Part shown: in pieces, positions 11,820-22,002 of the stretch
Numbering within the stretch: position 1 is the first letter of the stretch
Layout: each line of letters opens with the position of its first letter
DNA from: Cyclobacteriaceae bacterium
GTDB lineage: Bacteria > Bacteroidota > Bacteroidia > Cytophagales > Cyclobacteriaceae
Assembly (NCBI GenBank): GCA_041689935.1
Contig: JBDNFI010000012.1
Coordinates: 5,483 to 69,482, forward strand
Reading direction: 5' to 3'
DNA: 64,000 nucleotides
Made by a program: the position numbers and the translations under genes
Notes under the pieces: generated by a model
What the model was told of the DNA's origin: nothing
What the model saw: only the letters and a program-made list of their open reading frames with translations
The model's database searches: none

Positions 11820-12764
11820 TTAATCCAACTCACTAAAGAACTTTTTGTAGAGGTTCAACATGCTTTTAATATCCTTTTTATTCACCTTTTCGGTAGGCGT
11901 ATGCGCCCCGTGGATGGGTGCTCCTACAAAACACCAATCGATTGGATAGGGCGAGGTCTGCAATTCGCGTCCATCGCTTGACCCTCCCTCTTCTACCTCC
12001 CGCTGATATGGGATTTCTGAACCCTCCGCTATTGAGAGGATTTTGTTGATAAATATCTTTCTCGGTATATTTCTATCTCTCAGCGATATAGCAGCACCTT
12101 TTCCATGATACACACCATCCGTTACCCAAGTAATGTCGGAGATTAATGCTTGGTACACGCCAAATTCTTCAACCATAAATTTGGCAAGAAAAGGAACGCT
12201 CCCACCTCCATGCTCCTCCCAAGTGCTAAATACCAGTAAGCCATTCTCCAAGGTTTCTGCCAGTTTCAACAGGTTGAATACGCCCAAGCGATTATCCAAA
12301 TATGCGGAGCTAATGTGATCTTTGGTTTCTTCGAAATGGACTTCATAGGAAAGGGGAGTGCCCGATTGTATTCCTCTACCAAAGTGATAAAATGCATGCC
12401 CTTCCTTATCCGAAACAAGCGAACACCTGATCGGGCCAAGGGCATCTTCTCCAACAAGCATGGTGCTGTCCTCCGCATCTGGAGAGCCTACGGACACCAA
12501 TTGATTTTCGTAGCGGACGGTGAAGCCTACCGTATCGGTATGCGCAAAGGCGGCCACTTTCGGCTTGCCAAACGCCAAGACTAAAGTATCCTGAAAACCA
12601 TCCCCGAAATACATAACAGGTTTGCTTTTCCAATTGGGCATCCCTTCCTTCACATATTCAATAATGAAATCTCGGATGGCTGCTTCGTTTCCAGACGTTC
12701 CTGGTATATCGCAGAGTTGCTTTAGTAGATCAAATTCCTTCATTATTCGCAAAGCTAATCCCAA
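11820..12764 (-). CDS. M42-family metallopeptidase (glutamyl aminopeptidase/endoglucanase-like)
   Basis: The N-terminus LLKQLCDIPGTSGNEAAIRDFI is typical of M42 proteins, and metal-ligand-like H/D/E positions are present. Family assignment is from memory only. Confidence 0.65.
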   Translation of the reverse strand: MGLALRIMKEFDLLKQLCDIPGTSGNEAAIRDFIIEYVKEGMPNWKSKPVMYFGDGFQDTLVLAFGKPKVAAFAHTDTVGFTVRYENQLVSVGSPDAEDSTMLVGEDALGPIRCSLVSDKEGHAFYHFGRGIQSGTPLSYEVHFEETKDHISSAYLDNRLGVFNLLKLAETLENGLLVFSTWEEHGGGSVPFLAKFMVEEFGVYQALISDITWVTDGVYHGKGAAISLRDRNIPRKIFINKILSIAEGSEIPYQREVEEGGSSDGRELQTSPYPIDWCFVGAPIHGAHTPTEKVNKKDIKSMLNLYKKFFSELD

Positions 12765-12816
12765 ATTGATTGAAGAATGATTTTTTATCTATTTTTGTCA
12801 ACCTAAATCATCCAAC

Positions 12817-13467
12817 ATGCTATTCAATTTAACAGAATCAGCTTCTATTGCGAGCCATTTCCTTTCTGAAATTCGAGAGATCAATACCCAAAAGGATCGA
12901 CTGAGATTTCGTAGAAATATGGAGCGATTGGGCGAAATACTTGCCTACGAATTATCTAAGGAATTAGACTATTCTCCTGCGCATGTCAACACCGTATTGG
13001 GTGAGGCGAGTGTTGATGAGTTGAGAGAGTTTCCAGTGATCATCACCATTCTACGGGCAGGCTTGCCTCTTTATCAAGGGATTTTGAATTATTTTGATAG
13101 ATCTGATTCGGGTTTTGTAGGTGCTTATCGGGCGCACAAAGGGAGTGAAACTGAGTTTGTGATCAAAACTGACTATTTGGCTTGTCCGAATGTGGACGAT
13201 CGGATATTGATATTAGCTGACCCGATGTTGGCAACTGGTCGGTCTTTGGTAGATGGCATGAATATGATTCTGAAAAATGGTAAACCGAAGTTTGTTCATA
13301 TCGTATCTGCTATTGCTACTCCAGAAGGAATTCGCCATTTGAAGGAGCATTTTCCAGTTCCTTTTAAAATATGGACCGCAGTTGTGGATACTGGGCTAAA
13401 TGAAAAATCATACATTGTGCCTGGTTTGGGCGATGCAGGTGATTTAAGCTTTGGAGATAAATTATAA
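12817..13467 (+). CDS. upp: Uracil phosphoribosyltransferase
   Basis: ILRAGL, PRPP loop ILADPMLATGRS and C-terminal IVPGLGDAGD. Confidence 0.93.
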   Translation: MLFNLTESASIASHFLSEIREINTQKDRLRFRRNMERLGEILAYELSKELDYSPAHVNTVLGEASVDELREFPVIITILRAGLPLYQGILNYFDRSDSGFVGAYRAHKGSETEFVIKTDYLACPNVDDRILILADPMLATGRSLVDGMNMILKNGKPKFVHIVSAIATPEGIRHLKEHFPVPFKIWTAVVDTGLNEKSYIVPGLGDAGDLSFGDKL

Positions 13468-13479
13468 ATAGAAATTGTA

Positions 13480-14415
13480 ATGCAGGATTATTTACTGCTT
13501 TTGGCAGGATTAGTTGTATTGATAGCGGGAGGTGAAGGGCTGGTGAGAGGCTCCACTTCGTTAGCTCTTAAGTTTAGAATTTCACCATTGGTGGTAGGAC
13601 TTACCATAGTGTCGTTCGGCACCTCTGCTCCCGAGTTATTGATTAGCCTTACTTCCGCACTCCAAGGCAGTCCCGACTTGGCTATGGGAAATGTGGTAGG
13701 TTCCAATATTTGCAATATTGCGCTCATTCTTGGGCTTACATCCATTATTTATCCAATGGGCGTATCTAAGAATTCCCGACTTATTGACTGGCCTGTTTGT
13801 ATGGGAGCATCATTACTTCTGTACTTTCTTACCCTCAATGGGATTCTTTCCTGGGTAGAAGGCAGCGTGTTTGTGCTTTTATTAATCACTTACAATGTGT
13901 TTCTGATTCGTAAATCACGAAAAGAAAATACCCGATTAGAGGGCTTTGTGGCTGAAAAACATAGCAAAAATTCTTATTTGAGAGATATTGGTTTTATCTC
14001 GATAGGAATAGTTGGATTATATTTTGGAGCAGAGTGGTTTGTGGGAGGAGCTAAGAATATTGCCTCCTTGATGGGAATCAGCGAAAGAGTAATAGGGCTA
14101 ACCGTAGTAGCCCTTGGCACAAGTCTGCCAGAATTGGTCACCTCCGTGGTGGCGGCATTTCGTAAGCAAATGGATATGGCATTAGGCAATATCATTGGTT
14201 CCAATGTCTTTAATATTCTGAGCATATTGGGCATTACCAGCATCATCATCCCTATTCAAGTTTCTCCAGACATCATTCGTGTGGACATGGTTTGGATGCT
14301 CATCATCACATTCATGCTTTTTCCAATGATGGTTCTTTTCAGAAAAATTACTCGTGTGGAAGGATTTATATTGTTAGGCACTTATGTTGCTTATGTGGTG
14401 ACGGTAATGAAATAA
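13480..14415 (+). CDS. Calcium/sodium antiporter (CaCA family, YrbG-like)
   Basis: Two alpha-repeat signatures are present, GTSAPEL and GTSLPEL. The protein is a polytopic membrane protein of 311 aa. Confidence 0.9.
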   Translation: MQDYLLLLAGLVVLIAGGEGLVRGSTSLALKFRISPLVVGLTIVSFGTSAPELLISLTSALQGSPDLAMGNVVGSNICNIALILGLTSIIYPMGVSKNSRLIDWPVCMGASLLLYFLTLNGILSWVEGSVFVLLLITYNVFLIRKSRKENTRLEGFVAEKHSKNSYLRDIGFISIGIVGLYFGAEWFVGGAKNIASLMGISERVIGLTVVALGTSLPELVTSVVAAFRKQMDMALGNIIGSNVFNILSILGITSIIIPIQVSPDIIRVDMVWMLIITFMLFPMMVLFRKITRVEGFILLGTYVAYVVTVMK

Positions 14416-14416
14416 T

Positions 14417-14863
14417 ATGACCCTAGAACTTTTATTGCAGTATTTTGCAATTTTTTCAGTAAGCATTTTCAAATTTATTGCAGGCCCGATACTGGGGATG
14501 ACAACCGGCACAGATAGCTGGATTACGGCATTGCTCACAGTGGGAGGTATGATGACTGGCGTAGTCGCGGTCACTTTGGCGGGCAAACCCATGAGAATAT
14601 TTATCAACAAGAAGTTCTTCTCAAGAAGAAAAAAGTTTTCTGCTAAAAACAGGCGATTTGTAAAGCTTTGGGGGAGTTATGGGGTGTTCGGGGTTTCTTT
14701 TCTGACGCCTGTGATTCTCAGCCCAATTGGTGGGTCACTGTTGGTAGCGAGTATGGGAGGCAAAACCTCCCGCATTCTTTTGTGGATGACCTTAAGTGCT
14801 ATTTTCTGGGGAATTATCTTCTCCCAAGGTATTTTCTTCTTTGCAGATTATTTTAACTCCTAA
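14417..14863 (+). CDS. Small integral membrane protein, function unknown
   Basis: 148 aa with four predicted hydrophobic helices and a basic loop (KKFFSRRKKFSAKNRRF). It starts 2 nt after the antiporter stop. Confidence 0.5.
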   Translation: MTLELLLQYFAIFSVSIFKFIAGPILGMTTGTDSWITALLTVGGMMTGVVAVTLAGKPMRIFINKKFFSRRKKFSAKNRRFVKLWGSYGVFGVSFLTPVILSPIGGSLLVASMGGKTSRILLWMTLSAIFWGIIFSQGIFFFADYFNS

Positions 14864-14886
14864 ATCCAGCAAGCTTTTCTTTTGAA

Positions 14887-15798
14887 TTAGGCCTCCTCTA
14901 AATCCTCATCAGGCATTATTTCTATGTCCTGTATCAGCACCCTTTTAGATATTCTCTGGCCGGTAGGAGTTGCTGCAAGTCCGCCCAAGGCTGTTTCCTT
15001 ATAGCGAGCTTCCATACTTTGGCCTATTTCGCCCATTGCCTCTATGCATTCATCCACTGGGATTACAGCATCTACATTGGCAATGGCAATTTGTGCGGAA
15101 GAGAATGCAATCGCCGCTGCACTTGCATTGCGTACCACACAAGGGATTTCCACCAAGCCCGCTACAGGGTCGCACACTAAGCCTAGCATGCATTGGATGG
15201 TAATGCCCACCGCATTGAAAATTTGATCCACATTGCCACCAAGACAATACACCAATGCGCCAGAACCCATCGCTGCTGCTGAGCCAGTTTCTGCTTGGCA
15301 ACCACCTACTGCGCCAGATAGTGAGGCTTTTTTCTCTATAATCAGTCCGATACCAGCAGAAATTAAAATACCTTCCAGCATTTTTTGATCACCGGTGCCG
15401 TGAATTTCCTGCATGGTAGTAAATATGCCTGGCAATATTCCAGATGCTCCTGCAGTTGGTGCAGCCACGACTTTGCCCATACAGGAGTTTACTTCTTTGG
15501 CTGCTAATGCTCGTGATATTAGTTTTTTAAATTCCGGAGTCAATACATTCAAAGGATGATTGTACACCTTTTTTGCTCCATTATTAATCATTCCTGAGCG
15601 TGAAGTCATATTTTCTTCTAAGCCCGTTTTTACGGCATCTTTCATCACATCGTATGCCCTTTGTAATCCTTCGTAGATGGCCTCTTTACTAGTTCCTTTC
15701 TGCGAGATTTCAAATTCTAGCACTGTATCAAATAAAGATTGATTGTTTTCCTGCGCGTATTTCTTCCAGCCTTCGAAAGAGTCAAATAAAAATGCCAT
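14887..15798 (-). CDS. sdaAA: Iron-sulfur-dependent L-serine dehydratase, alpha chain only
   Basis: 303 aa with a Gly/Ala-rich core (AAPTAGASGILPG, GGCQAETGSAAAMG, VCDPVAGLVEIPC) characteristic of the SdaA alpha domain. No beta-chain gene is adjacent. Confidence 0.8.
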   Translation of the reverse strand: MAFLFDSFEGWKKYAQENNQSLFDTVLEFEISQKGTSKEAIYEGLQRAYDVMKDAVKTGLEENMTSRSGMINNGAKKVYNHPLNVLTPEFKKLISRALAAKEVNSCMGKVVAAPTAGASGILPGIFTTMQEIHGTGDQKMLEGILISAGIGLIIEKKASLSGAVGGCQAETGSAAAMGSGALVYCLGGNVDQIFNAVGITIQCMLGLVCDPVAGLVEIPCVVRNASAAAIAFSSAQIAIANVDAVIPVDECIEAMGEIGQSMEARYKETALGGLAATPTGQRISKRVLIQDIEIMPDEDLEEA

Positions 15799-15905
15799 AA
15801 TACAATTCTTTTAGGGTCTATTCTCAATACGAATGTCGGCAATTTACGTTCGAAGTCCATAGTATTTGCCAACAGATATATTTAATCCCTTGCTATATTT
15901 GCCAG

Positions 15906-16946
15906 ATGGAATTGAAAAATGACTTGGTATTAAGAGCCGCTCGTGGCGAAAAAACAGAGAGAACTCCCGTATGGATGATGCGGCAAGCCGGAAGGATATT
16001 GCCAGAATACAGAGCTGTACGGGATAAAATGAGCGGATTTATTGAGCTAGCAAAGACTCCTGAAAGAGCTGCCGAAGTAACTTTACAGCCGGTAGATCTG
16101 CTAGGAGTAGATGCGGCAATTATCTTTTCAGATATTTTGGTGATTCCAGAGGCAATGGGATTGCCTTATGAAATGATTGAAAAAAGAGGTCCGATATTCC
16201 CGAATACGGTCCGTACCCAGGCAGACTTATCAAAAATAAGAATTGCGAATGCTGCCGAGGACTTGAAATATGTCACCGATGCCATCAAAATCTCCAAAAG
16301 GGAGCTAAATGGTCGAGTTCCTTTGATTGGTTTTGCGGGAGCGCCTTGGACCGTATTTGCATATATGACAGAAGGCTCAGGGAGCAAGACTTTTTCGGTT
16401 CCTCGCAAGCTGTTGTATAACGAGCCTGCCTTTTCGCATCAATTGCTGCAAATGATTACCGATAGCACCATAGACTATTTGAAAGCTCAAATTGCCGCTG
16501 GTGCAGATATGGTGCAGATTTTCGACTCGTGGGCGGGGGTATTGCCAGCGGACCATTATAGTGAGTTTTCTATGAGATATATTCGCCAAATATGCGAGGC
16601 CATTACGGAAGCGCCCGTGACGGTATTTGCCAAAGGCGCATTTTTCGCTTTGGAAGAGATGGCCGATTTGCCATGCCGAACTATCGGCCTAGATTGGAAT
16701 ATGGGAATTGAAGCAACCAGAAAGATTATAGGTTCGGACAAAACCTTGCAGGGAAATTTAGATCCTGCGGCACTGTATGGCACGCGTAAAGAAGTGCAAA
16801 AAGCCACAGAAAGAATGCTGGATCAATTTGGTTCGCATAAGCATATTGCCAATTTGGGGCATGGCTTATATCCCGATATCCATCCCGATAGTGCCAAAGT
16901 ATTTGTGGAAACCGTGAAGGAGTATAGCTCAAAAATGCCTCGCTAA
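15906..16946 (+). CDS. hemE: Uroporphyrinogen decarboxylase
   Basis: [16 protein letters not shown] signature. 346 aa. Confidence 0.96.
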   Translation: MELKNDLVLRAARGEKTERTPVWMMRQAGRILPEYRAVRDKMSGFIELAKTPERAAEVTLQPVDLLGVDAAIIFSDILVIPEAMGLPYEMIEKRGPIFPNTVRTQADLSKIRIANAAEDLKYVTDAIKISKRELNGRVPLIGFAGAPWTVFAYMTEGSGSKTFSVPRKLLYNEPAFSHQLLQMITDSTIDYLKAQIAAGADMVQIFDSWAGVLPADHYSEFSMRYIRQICEAITEAPVTVFAKGAFFALEEMADLPCRTIGLDWNMGIEATRKIIGSDKTLQGNLDPAALYGTRKEVQKATERMLDQFGSHKHIANLGHGLYPDIHPDSAKVFVETVKEYSSKMPR

Positions 16947-16960
16947 GTAAGCAGAAGATT

Positions 16961-17950
16961 TTATTCCAGAATGTTTTTCTTGATCGCCTCTTCCATAAGT
17001 CGATCCTTTGGGACAGGCACTACACCGATGTATTCACACACTAAGCCACCTCCTAGGTTTGCCAATGCAGCTATTTGTTTAGCTGGCATATTCAAAGCTA
17101 GGCCTATTGCCGCTATGCTAATGACCGTATCTCCCGCACCAGAAACATCAGAAATAAGACGTAGATGGGCAGGAATCCATATTTTCTCTTCGCCTGTATC
17201 GTAGTAAAGACCTTTTTCTGAAAGAGTTACCAGCACTTGTTTGGCATCCAATTCCTCCCGCAATTTTTCTACAGCATACTCAATATCTGCTTCATTGGAT
17301 AGGTCTATATCCATTTTGAGCCCTTCTCGGAGTTCTTTTAAATTTGGTTTAAATAGCGTTACTCCTGTATAATTGAGGAAATTCACCTTCTTCGGATCCA
17401 CTACTACAGGGATATTGTGCAAATTGGCAATTTCTATGGTTTTGGAAATAATGCCGGGTGTGATAGTTCCTTTATCATAATCTTCGAAAATGATTACATC
17501 TGATTCTGGAATCAGTTGAGCAATCAATTGGCTGAGGCTCCTTTCTTCCAATGCTTGAAGCGGGAGGTTGGATTCGGTATCTACTCTGAGCATGTGCTGC
17601 GAGCCAGACAGAATTCTTTCCTTTAGAGTAGTTATTCTTTTATCGCTTTGAATAATCCCACGTGTTTGCATCCCACGCGTTTTCATTAATTGGATAAAGT
17701 TATGGCCATCCGTATCATCGCCCACGATGGAACAAAGAATTGGGGTAGCACCTAAAGCCAGAATATTCAACGCGACATTGGCAGCTCCTCCTAGTCTACT
17801 TTCTCTTTTGATGGCATGCACCACAGGGACAGGAGCCTCGGGAGAAATTCTATCCACTTTGCCCCATATATAGGAGTCGACCATCACATCGCCAATGATT
17901 AATGCTTTAGCGCCCTTGAAGGATTCGAATAGATTTTCTACTGAGCTCAT
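16961..17950 (-). CDS. PfkB-family sugar kinase, HldE/RfaE domain-I-like (D-glycero-beta-D-manno-heptose-7-phosphate kinase)
   Basis: The N-terminal block is ALIIGDVMVDSYIWGKVDRISPEAPVPV and the PfkB motif is DVSGAGDT. Confidence 0.7.
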   Translation of the reverse strand: MSSVENLFESFKGAKALIIGDVMVDSYIWGKVDRISPEAPVPVVHAIKRESRLGGAANVALNILALGATPILCSIVGDDTDGHNFIQLMKTRGMQTRGIIQSDKRITTLKERILSGSQHMLRVDTESNLPLQALEERSLSQLIAQLIPESDVIIFEDYDKGTITPGIISKTIEIANLHNIPVVVDPKKVNFLNYTGVTLFKPNLKELREGLKMDIDLSNEADIEYAVEKLREELDAKQVLVTLSEKGLYYDTGEEKIWIPAHLRLISDVSGAGDTVISIAAIGLALNMPAKQIAALANLGGGLVCEYIGVVPVPKDRLMEEAIKKNILE

Positions 17951-17963
17951 AGTAATAATAGTA

Positions 17964-19160
17964 TCAATTAAGTTTCGATAGTAAATCTTTGATTCTTCTT
18001 AATGCCTCAATCAGATCGTCGTTGGAAGCTGCAAAAGAAATACGAATACAGTCCGGTGCGCCAAAAGCGCCACCTGTAACGACAGAAACATACGCTTCCT
18101 TGAGAATATAGATGGCTAATTCATCTGCATTATGAATGGTGGTATTTTCGTCACTTTTTCCAAAATAATGGCTTACATCAGGAAACGCATAGAATGCACC
18201 TTCAGGGTCATTCATTTTGATATTTGGGATATCGCTTAATAGATCCATCACCAATTTTTTGCGCTCTTTGTATACTTTGCCCATGGCAATGGTCGGGCTT
18301 AAGTCTCCCGAGATAGCGGCTAAGGCGGCTCTTTGAGCAATACTTGAAATACCAGAAGTGAATTGCCCTTGGATTTTTTCGCATGCTTTGGCAATGCTTA
18401 CCGGAGCCGAGACATAGCCTACTCTCCAGCCAGTCATTGCGAATCCTTTTGAGAAGCCATTGATGGTAATTACTTGGTCTTTCACCTCTGGGAAAGAACC
18501 AATGCTAATATGCTTGCCATTGAAATTGATATGCTCGTATATTTCATCCGCAACAATAAACACATTTGGATGCGTGCTCATCACCTGCGCAATGGCTTTC
18601 AACTCTTCTTTTGAAAATACTGCACCTGTTGGATTGCAAGGAGAGGAATAAATAATGGCCTTTGTCCTATCAGTGATGGCGGCTTCGAGTTGCTCAGCAG
18701 TTGCTTTGAAGTCTTGCTCCACACCACCATAAATATATACTGGAGTTCCTTCTGCCAATTTGATGATTTCTGCATAGCTCACCCAAAATGGACTAAATAC
18801 CACCACTTCATCGCCAGGGTTGAGAAGACACATCATTACATTGGCGATCGACTGCTTAGCACCAGCAGATACCACAATATTTTCTGCTTGTGATTCGACT
18901 CCATTTTCCTCCCGCAATTTTTTTGCGATTGCTTGCCTTAAGTCTGGGTACCCGGCTACGGGTGGATAGGTAAACCATTTTCCTTCATCAATGGCATCTT
19001 TTGCAGCTTGGCGAATATGATCTGGAGTAGCAAAATCAGGCTCTCCAAGACTGAGAGAGATCACATTTACACCTTGAGCTTTCAGTTCTCTAGCTTTGCT
19101 TGCCATAGCCAAAGTTGCTGATTCCTCCATATTTTTTATTCTATTAGATAGAAATTCCAT
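17964..19160 (-). CDS. PLP-dependent aminotransferase, class I (aspartate aminotransferase-like)
   Basis: The PLP-lysine motif is NGFSKGFAMTGWRVGY, with the conserved SPCNPTG block. 398 aa. Confidence 0.88.
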   Translation of the reverse strand: MEFLSNRIKNMEESATLAMASKARELKAQGVNVISLSLGEPDFATPDHIRQAAKDAIDEGKWFTYPPVAGYPDLRQAIAKKLREENGVESQAENIVVSAGAKQSIANVMMCLLNPGDEVVVFSPFWVSYAEIIKLAEGTPVYIYGGVEQDFKATAEQLEAAITDRTKAIIYSSPCNPTGAVFSKEELKAIAQVMSTHPNVFIVADEIYEHINFNGKHISIGSFPEVKDQVITINGFSKGFAMTGWRVGYVSAPVSIAKACEKIQGQFTSGISSIAQRAALAAISGDLSPTIAMGKVYKERKKLVMDLLSDIPNIKMNDPEGAFYAFPDVSHYFGKSDENTTIHNADELAIYILKEAYVSVVTGGAFGAPDCIRISFAASNDDLIEALRRIKDLLSKLN

Positions 19161-19231
19161 AGCACATATTTTCTGATAAAGTAAAGTCTAATTTGTTCCC
19201 AAATAAAGGGATTTTATGTCTTGGGTTAAAA

Positions 19232-19843
19232 TTATTGTTCGTAAAGAGTTCTGCTCAGGATGCTCCGTCCTAAGGTTATTTCGTCGGCATATTCCAGCTC
19301 TCCACCAATCGGAATGCCACGAGCAATGGTACTCATTTTGATCCCAGCGTCTTTCAGCTTTTTGGTAATGTAAAATGCCGTTGTGTCGCCTTCCATAGTA
19401 GATGGGAGTGCGAATATTATTTCCTTTATTTCACTGCCTTCGGCATATACTCGCTGAATGAGGCTGTCAATTTTTAATTCGCTTGGACCAATGCCAGAGA
19501 CGGGCGATATAATTCCGCCCAATACATGATATTTTCCTTGAAATTGGGACGTATTTTCAATGGCTAATACGTCTTGGATATTTTCTACCAGACAAATCAC
19601 GCTCGAATCTCTTTTGTGTGAGGAGCATATTTGGCATACTTCAGCGTCGGAGATATTGTGGCATTGCCCGCAATAGTGGATGTCTTTTCTCAAATGTGTG
19701 ATTGCTGCCGCAAGGTCGATCGTCTCTTGTTCGTTTTCTTTGAGGAGATACAATACGAGTCGCAATGCAGTTTTTTTTCCAATGCCTGGAAGTTTTGAAA
19801 TTTCATTTACGGCATTTTCTACCAGCTTGGAAGGGAAGTTCAT
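19232..19843 (-). CDS. recR: Recombination protein RecR
   Basis: HhH motif (LPGIGKKTA), C4 zinc finger (CGQCHN...CQIC) and a Toprim region. Confidence 0.95.
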   Translation of the reverse strand: MNFPSKLVENAVNEISKLPGIGKKTALRLVLYLLKENEQETIDLAAAITHLRKDIHYCGQCHNISDAEVCQICSSHKRDSSVICLVENIQDVLAIENTSQFQGKYHVLGGIISPVSGIGPSELKIDSLIQRVYAEGSEIKEIIFALPSTMEGDTTAFYITKKLKDAGIKMSTIARGIPIGGELEYADEITLGRSILSRTLYEQ

Positions 19844-19857
19844 GTAGTTTAGTTGGA

Positions 19858-20139
19858 TTAAAGTACTGCTGCATTGATTCCAGCATCAAGTATTGCATCT
19901 TTCATTGGTAAGAGCTCTTCTTCAGTGCCTTTTTTTACCGAACATTTTCCTTTATAATGGATAATCAATGTGCATTGTTCTGCTTGATGCTTGCTATGTT
20001 TACAGACTTTTATGAGCGTATCGATTACATGATCGAAGGTATTGACTTCATCATTGAAAACAACTAGCTCTTTGTCATCAACCAGTTCGAGGGTTTCGGT
20101 GACTACTTCTTCCTGATATTTGGTTAATTCGATTGTCAT
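19858..20139 (-). CDS. clpS: ATP-dependent Clp protease adaptor ClpS
   Basis: 93 aa with the ClpS core pattern [14 protein letters not shown]...C.HS..QAEQCT..IH..G. Confidence 0.88.
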   Translation of the reverse strand: MTIELTKYQEEVVTETLELVDDKELVVFNDEVNTFDHVIDTLIKVCKHSKHQAEQCTLIIHYKGKCSVKKGTEEELLPMKDAILDAGINAAVL

Positions 20140-20200
20140 ATCAACTATTTATTGGCAAAATTAAAAATTATGAACAATTTGGCCGCTTTCTAATTCGCAA

Positions 20201-21649
20201 ATGAATCCATTCGTCACATTATCCATTCTTGCAGCCTATTTTGGAGTTTTGCTCCTGATATCTTATTTCACAGGTAAGGGCGCTACAAATTTAACCTTTT
20301 TTACTGCCAATCGCCAAAGTCCTTGGTATTTGGTTGCGTACGGGATGATTGGCGCATCGCTTTCAGGGGTTACTTTTATTTCAGTGCCCGGCGAAGTAGG
20401 CGGAACGGCCTTTTCATATTTCCAAGTTGTGCTAGGCTATATGGTTGGCTATTTTGTCATTGCAACTGTGCTAATGCCGCTGTATTACCGAATGAATACC
20501 CTGACCATTTATGGGTATTTGGAGCAGCGGTTTGGTTTTTGGTCCTATAAAACGGGGGCATTTTTTTTCATTTTAAGTAGAGTAATTGGGTCTTCATTCC
20601 GGTTGTTTTTGGTGGCGAGTGTATTGCAATTGGCGGTTTTCAACGCATGGGATATTCCTTTTTGGGTCTCGGTATTGGTTACCGTAATTCTTATTTGGCT
20701 GTATACCTTCCGTGGAGGTATCAAAACCATCGTGTGGACAGATACCCTGCAGACCACATTTATGCTATTGGCCGTATTGGCAAGTATTCAGTTGATTTCC
20801 AATGAGCTTGATTTCAGTTTTACAGAAATGATTTCCTCCGTAAGAGAAAGTGAATATTCTCAAATATTTTTCTGGGATTGGAAGGATGGTAAAAGCTTTT
20901 TCAAGCAATTCACTTCGGGCGCTTTTATAGCGATAGTAATGACAGGCCTCGATCAAGATATGATGCAAAAAAACTTGACCTGCCGCAATTTAAAGGACGC
21001 ACAAAAAAATATTTTCTGGTTTAGCCTTACCCTCATTATTGTCAATTTGTTTTTCTTGGTGTTAGGGGTTCTCTTGTATCAATATGCTTTTGCGAAAGGG
21101 ATTGATATTCCACTGCGCACGGACAATTTGTATCCAATGCTGGCTTTGGATTATTTTCCAACGGCTATAGGCATTCTCTTTTTATTAGGAATTACAGCTG
21201 CAGCGTATTCCAGTGCCGATTCGGCCATGACAGCCCTCACCACGAGTTTTTGTGTAGATATTTTAGGGTTAGATGGAAAAGGGAATGAAGATGCAGGCCA
21301 AAAAACGCGAATGAAAGTTCATGTGGGTTTTACGATTGTCATTTTTGCCGTGATTATCCTATTTGAAATAATGAATGATCAGAGCGTAATTAATTCCATA
21401 TTCAAAGCTGCCGGATATACCTATGGACCATTATTGGGATTGTATTCGTTTGGAATAATGATGAAGAGGAATATAAAAGATAAATGGGTTCCTTTAGTCT
21501 GTATTATATCACCTATAGTGAGTTATGTCATCAATCTTAATTCTGAAGCATGGCTAAATGGCTATCAATTTGGCTTTGAGGTATTGATTTTAAATGGCCT
21601 GCTCACTTATATAGGCTTACTAATTATATCCAAAAAAGCGGGAGGATAA
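20201..21649 (+). CDS. Sodium:solute symporter family transporter
   Basis: 482 aa with about 13 TM helices. SSS-like blocks are present (GGIKTIVWTDTLQ). Confidence 0.8.
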   Translation: MNPFVTLSILAAYFGVLLLISYFTGKGATNLTFFTANRQSPWYLVAYGMIGASLSGVTFISVPGEVGGTAFSYFQVVLGYMVGYFVIATVLMPLYYRMNTLTIYGYLEQRFGFWSYKTGAFFFILSRVIGSSFRLFLVASVLQLAVFNAWDIPFWVSVLVTVILIWLYTFRGGIKTIVWTDTLQTTFMLLAVLASIQLISNELDFSFTEMISSVRESEYSQIFFWDWKDGKSFFKQFTSGAFIAIVMTGLDQDMMQKNLTCRNLKDAQKNIFWFSLTLIIVNLFFLVLGVLLYQYAFAKGIDIPLRTDNLYPMLALDYFPTAIGILFLLGITAAAYSSADSAMTALTTSFCVDILGLDGKGNEDAGQKTRMKVHVGFTIVIFAVIILFEIMNDQSVINSIFKAAGYTYGPLLGLYSFGIMMKRNIKDKWVPLVCIISPIVSYVINLNSEAWLNGYQFGFEVLILNGLLTYIGLLIISKKAGG

Positions 21650-21675
21650 TGAAGCTCTGAACGGAATCAAGGCTT

Positions 21676-22002
21676 TTACAAAAGCTCGATAGCGGGATCC
21701 CAAAATAGCTTGTCGAAATCTACTATTTGGTCATTTTCTACTTTTGTACCTTCGGCTTCGAGCATGGCTTGCATCGTATCTGGCGTTTCGAAAAAGTGCT
21801 TTCCTGTAAGTAACCCAATTCTATTTACGACTCTTTGGGCTGGCACGTCGGGATGTGGGTTTTTATTGAGTGCCCAGCCAACCATGCGAGAGGAACTTTT
21901 GGTACCTAAATAGGCAGCGATGGCTCCATAGCTCGTTACCCTCCCGCTTGGTATTAGCTTTGCGACCTGTAATACTTCTTGATAAAACTCCTTACCTTTC
22001 AC
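21676..22002 (-). CDS. MGMT-family protein lacking the acceptor cysteine (alkyltransferase-like, ATL)
   Basis: 108 aa containing only the DNA-binding domain (IPSGRVTSYGAIA). The active-site PCHRV is replaced by PAQRVV. Confidence 0.75.
   Translation of the reverse strand: MKGKEFYQEVLQVAKLIPSGRVTSYGAIAAYLGTKSSSRMVGWALNKNPHPDVPAQRVVNRIGLLTGKHFFETPDTMQAMLEAEGTKVENDQIVDFDKLFWDPAIELL

Noticed and set aside
12266-12633. Cluster of overlapping 70-89-aa ORFs on both strands
   Set aside because: All lie within the M42-peptidase gene, have Arg/Cys/Trp-rich improbable compositions and have no independent signals.
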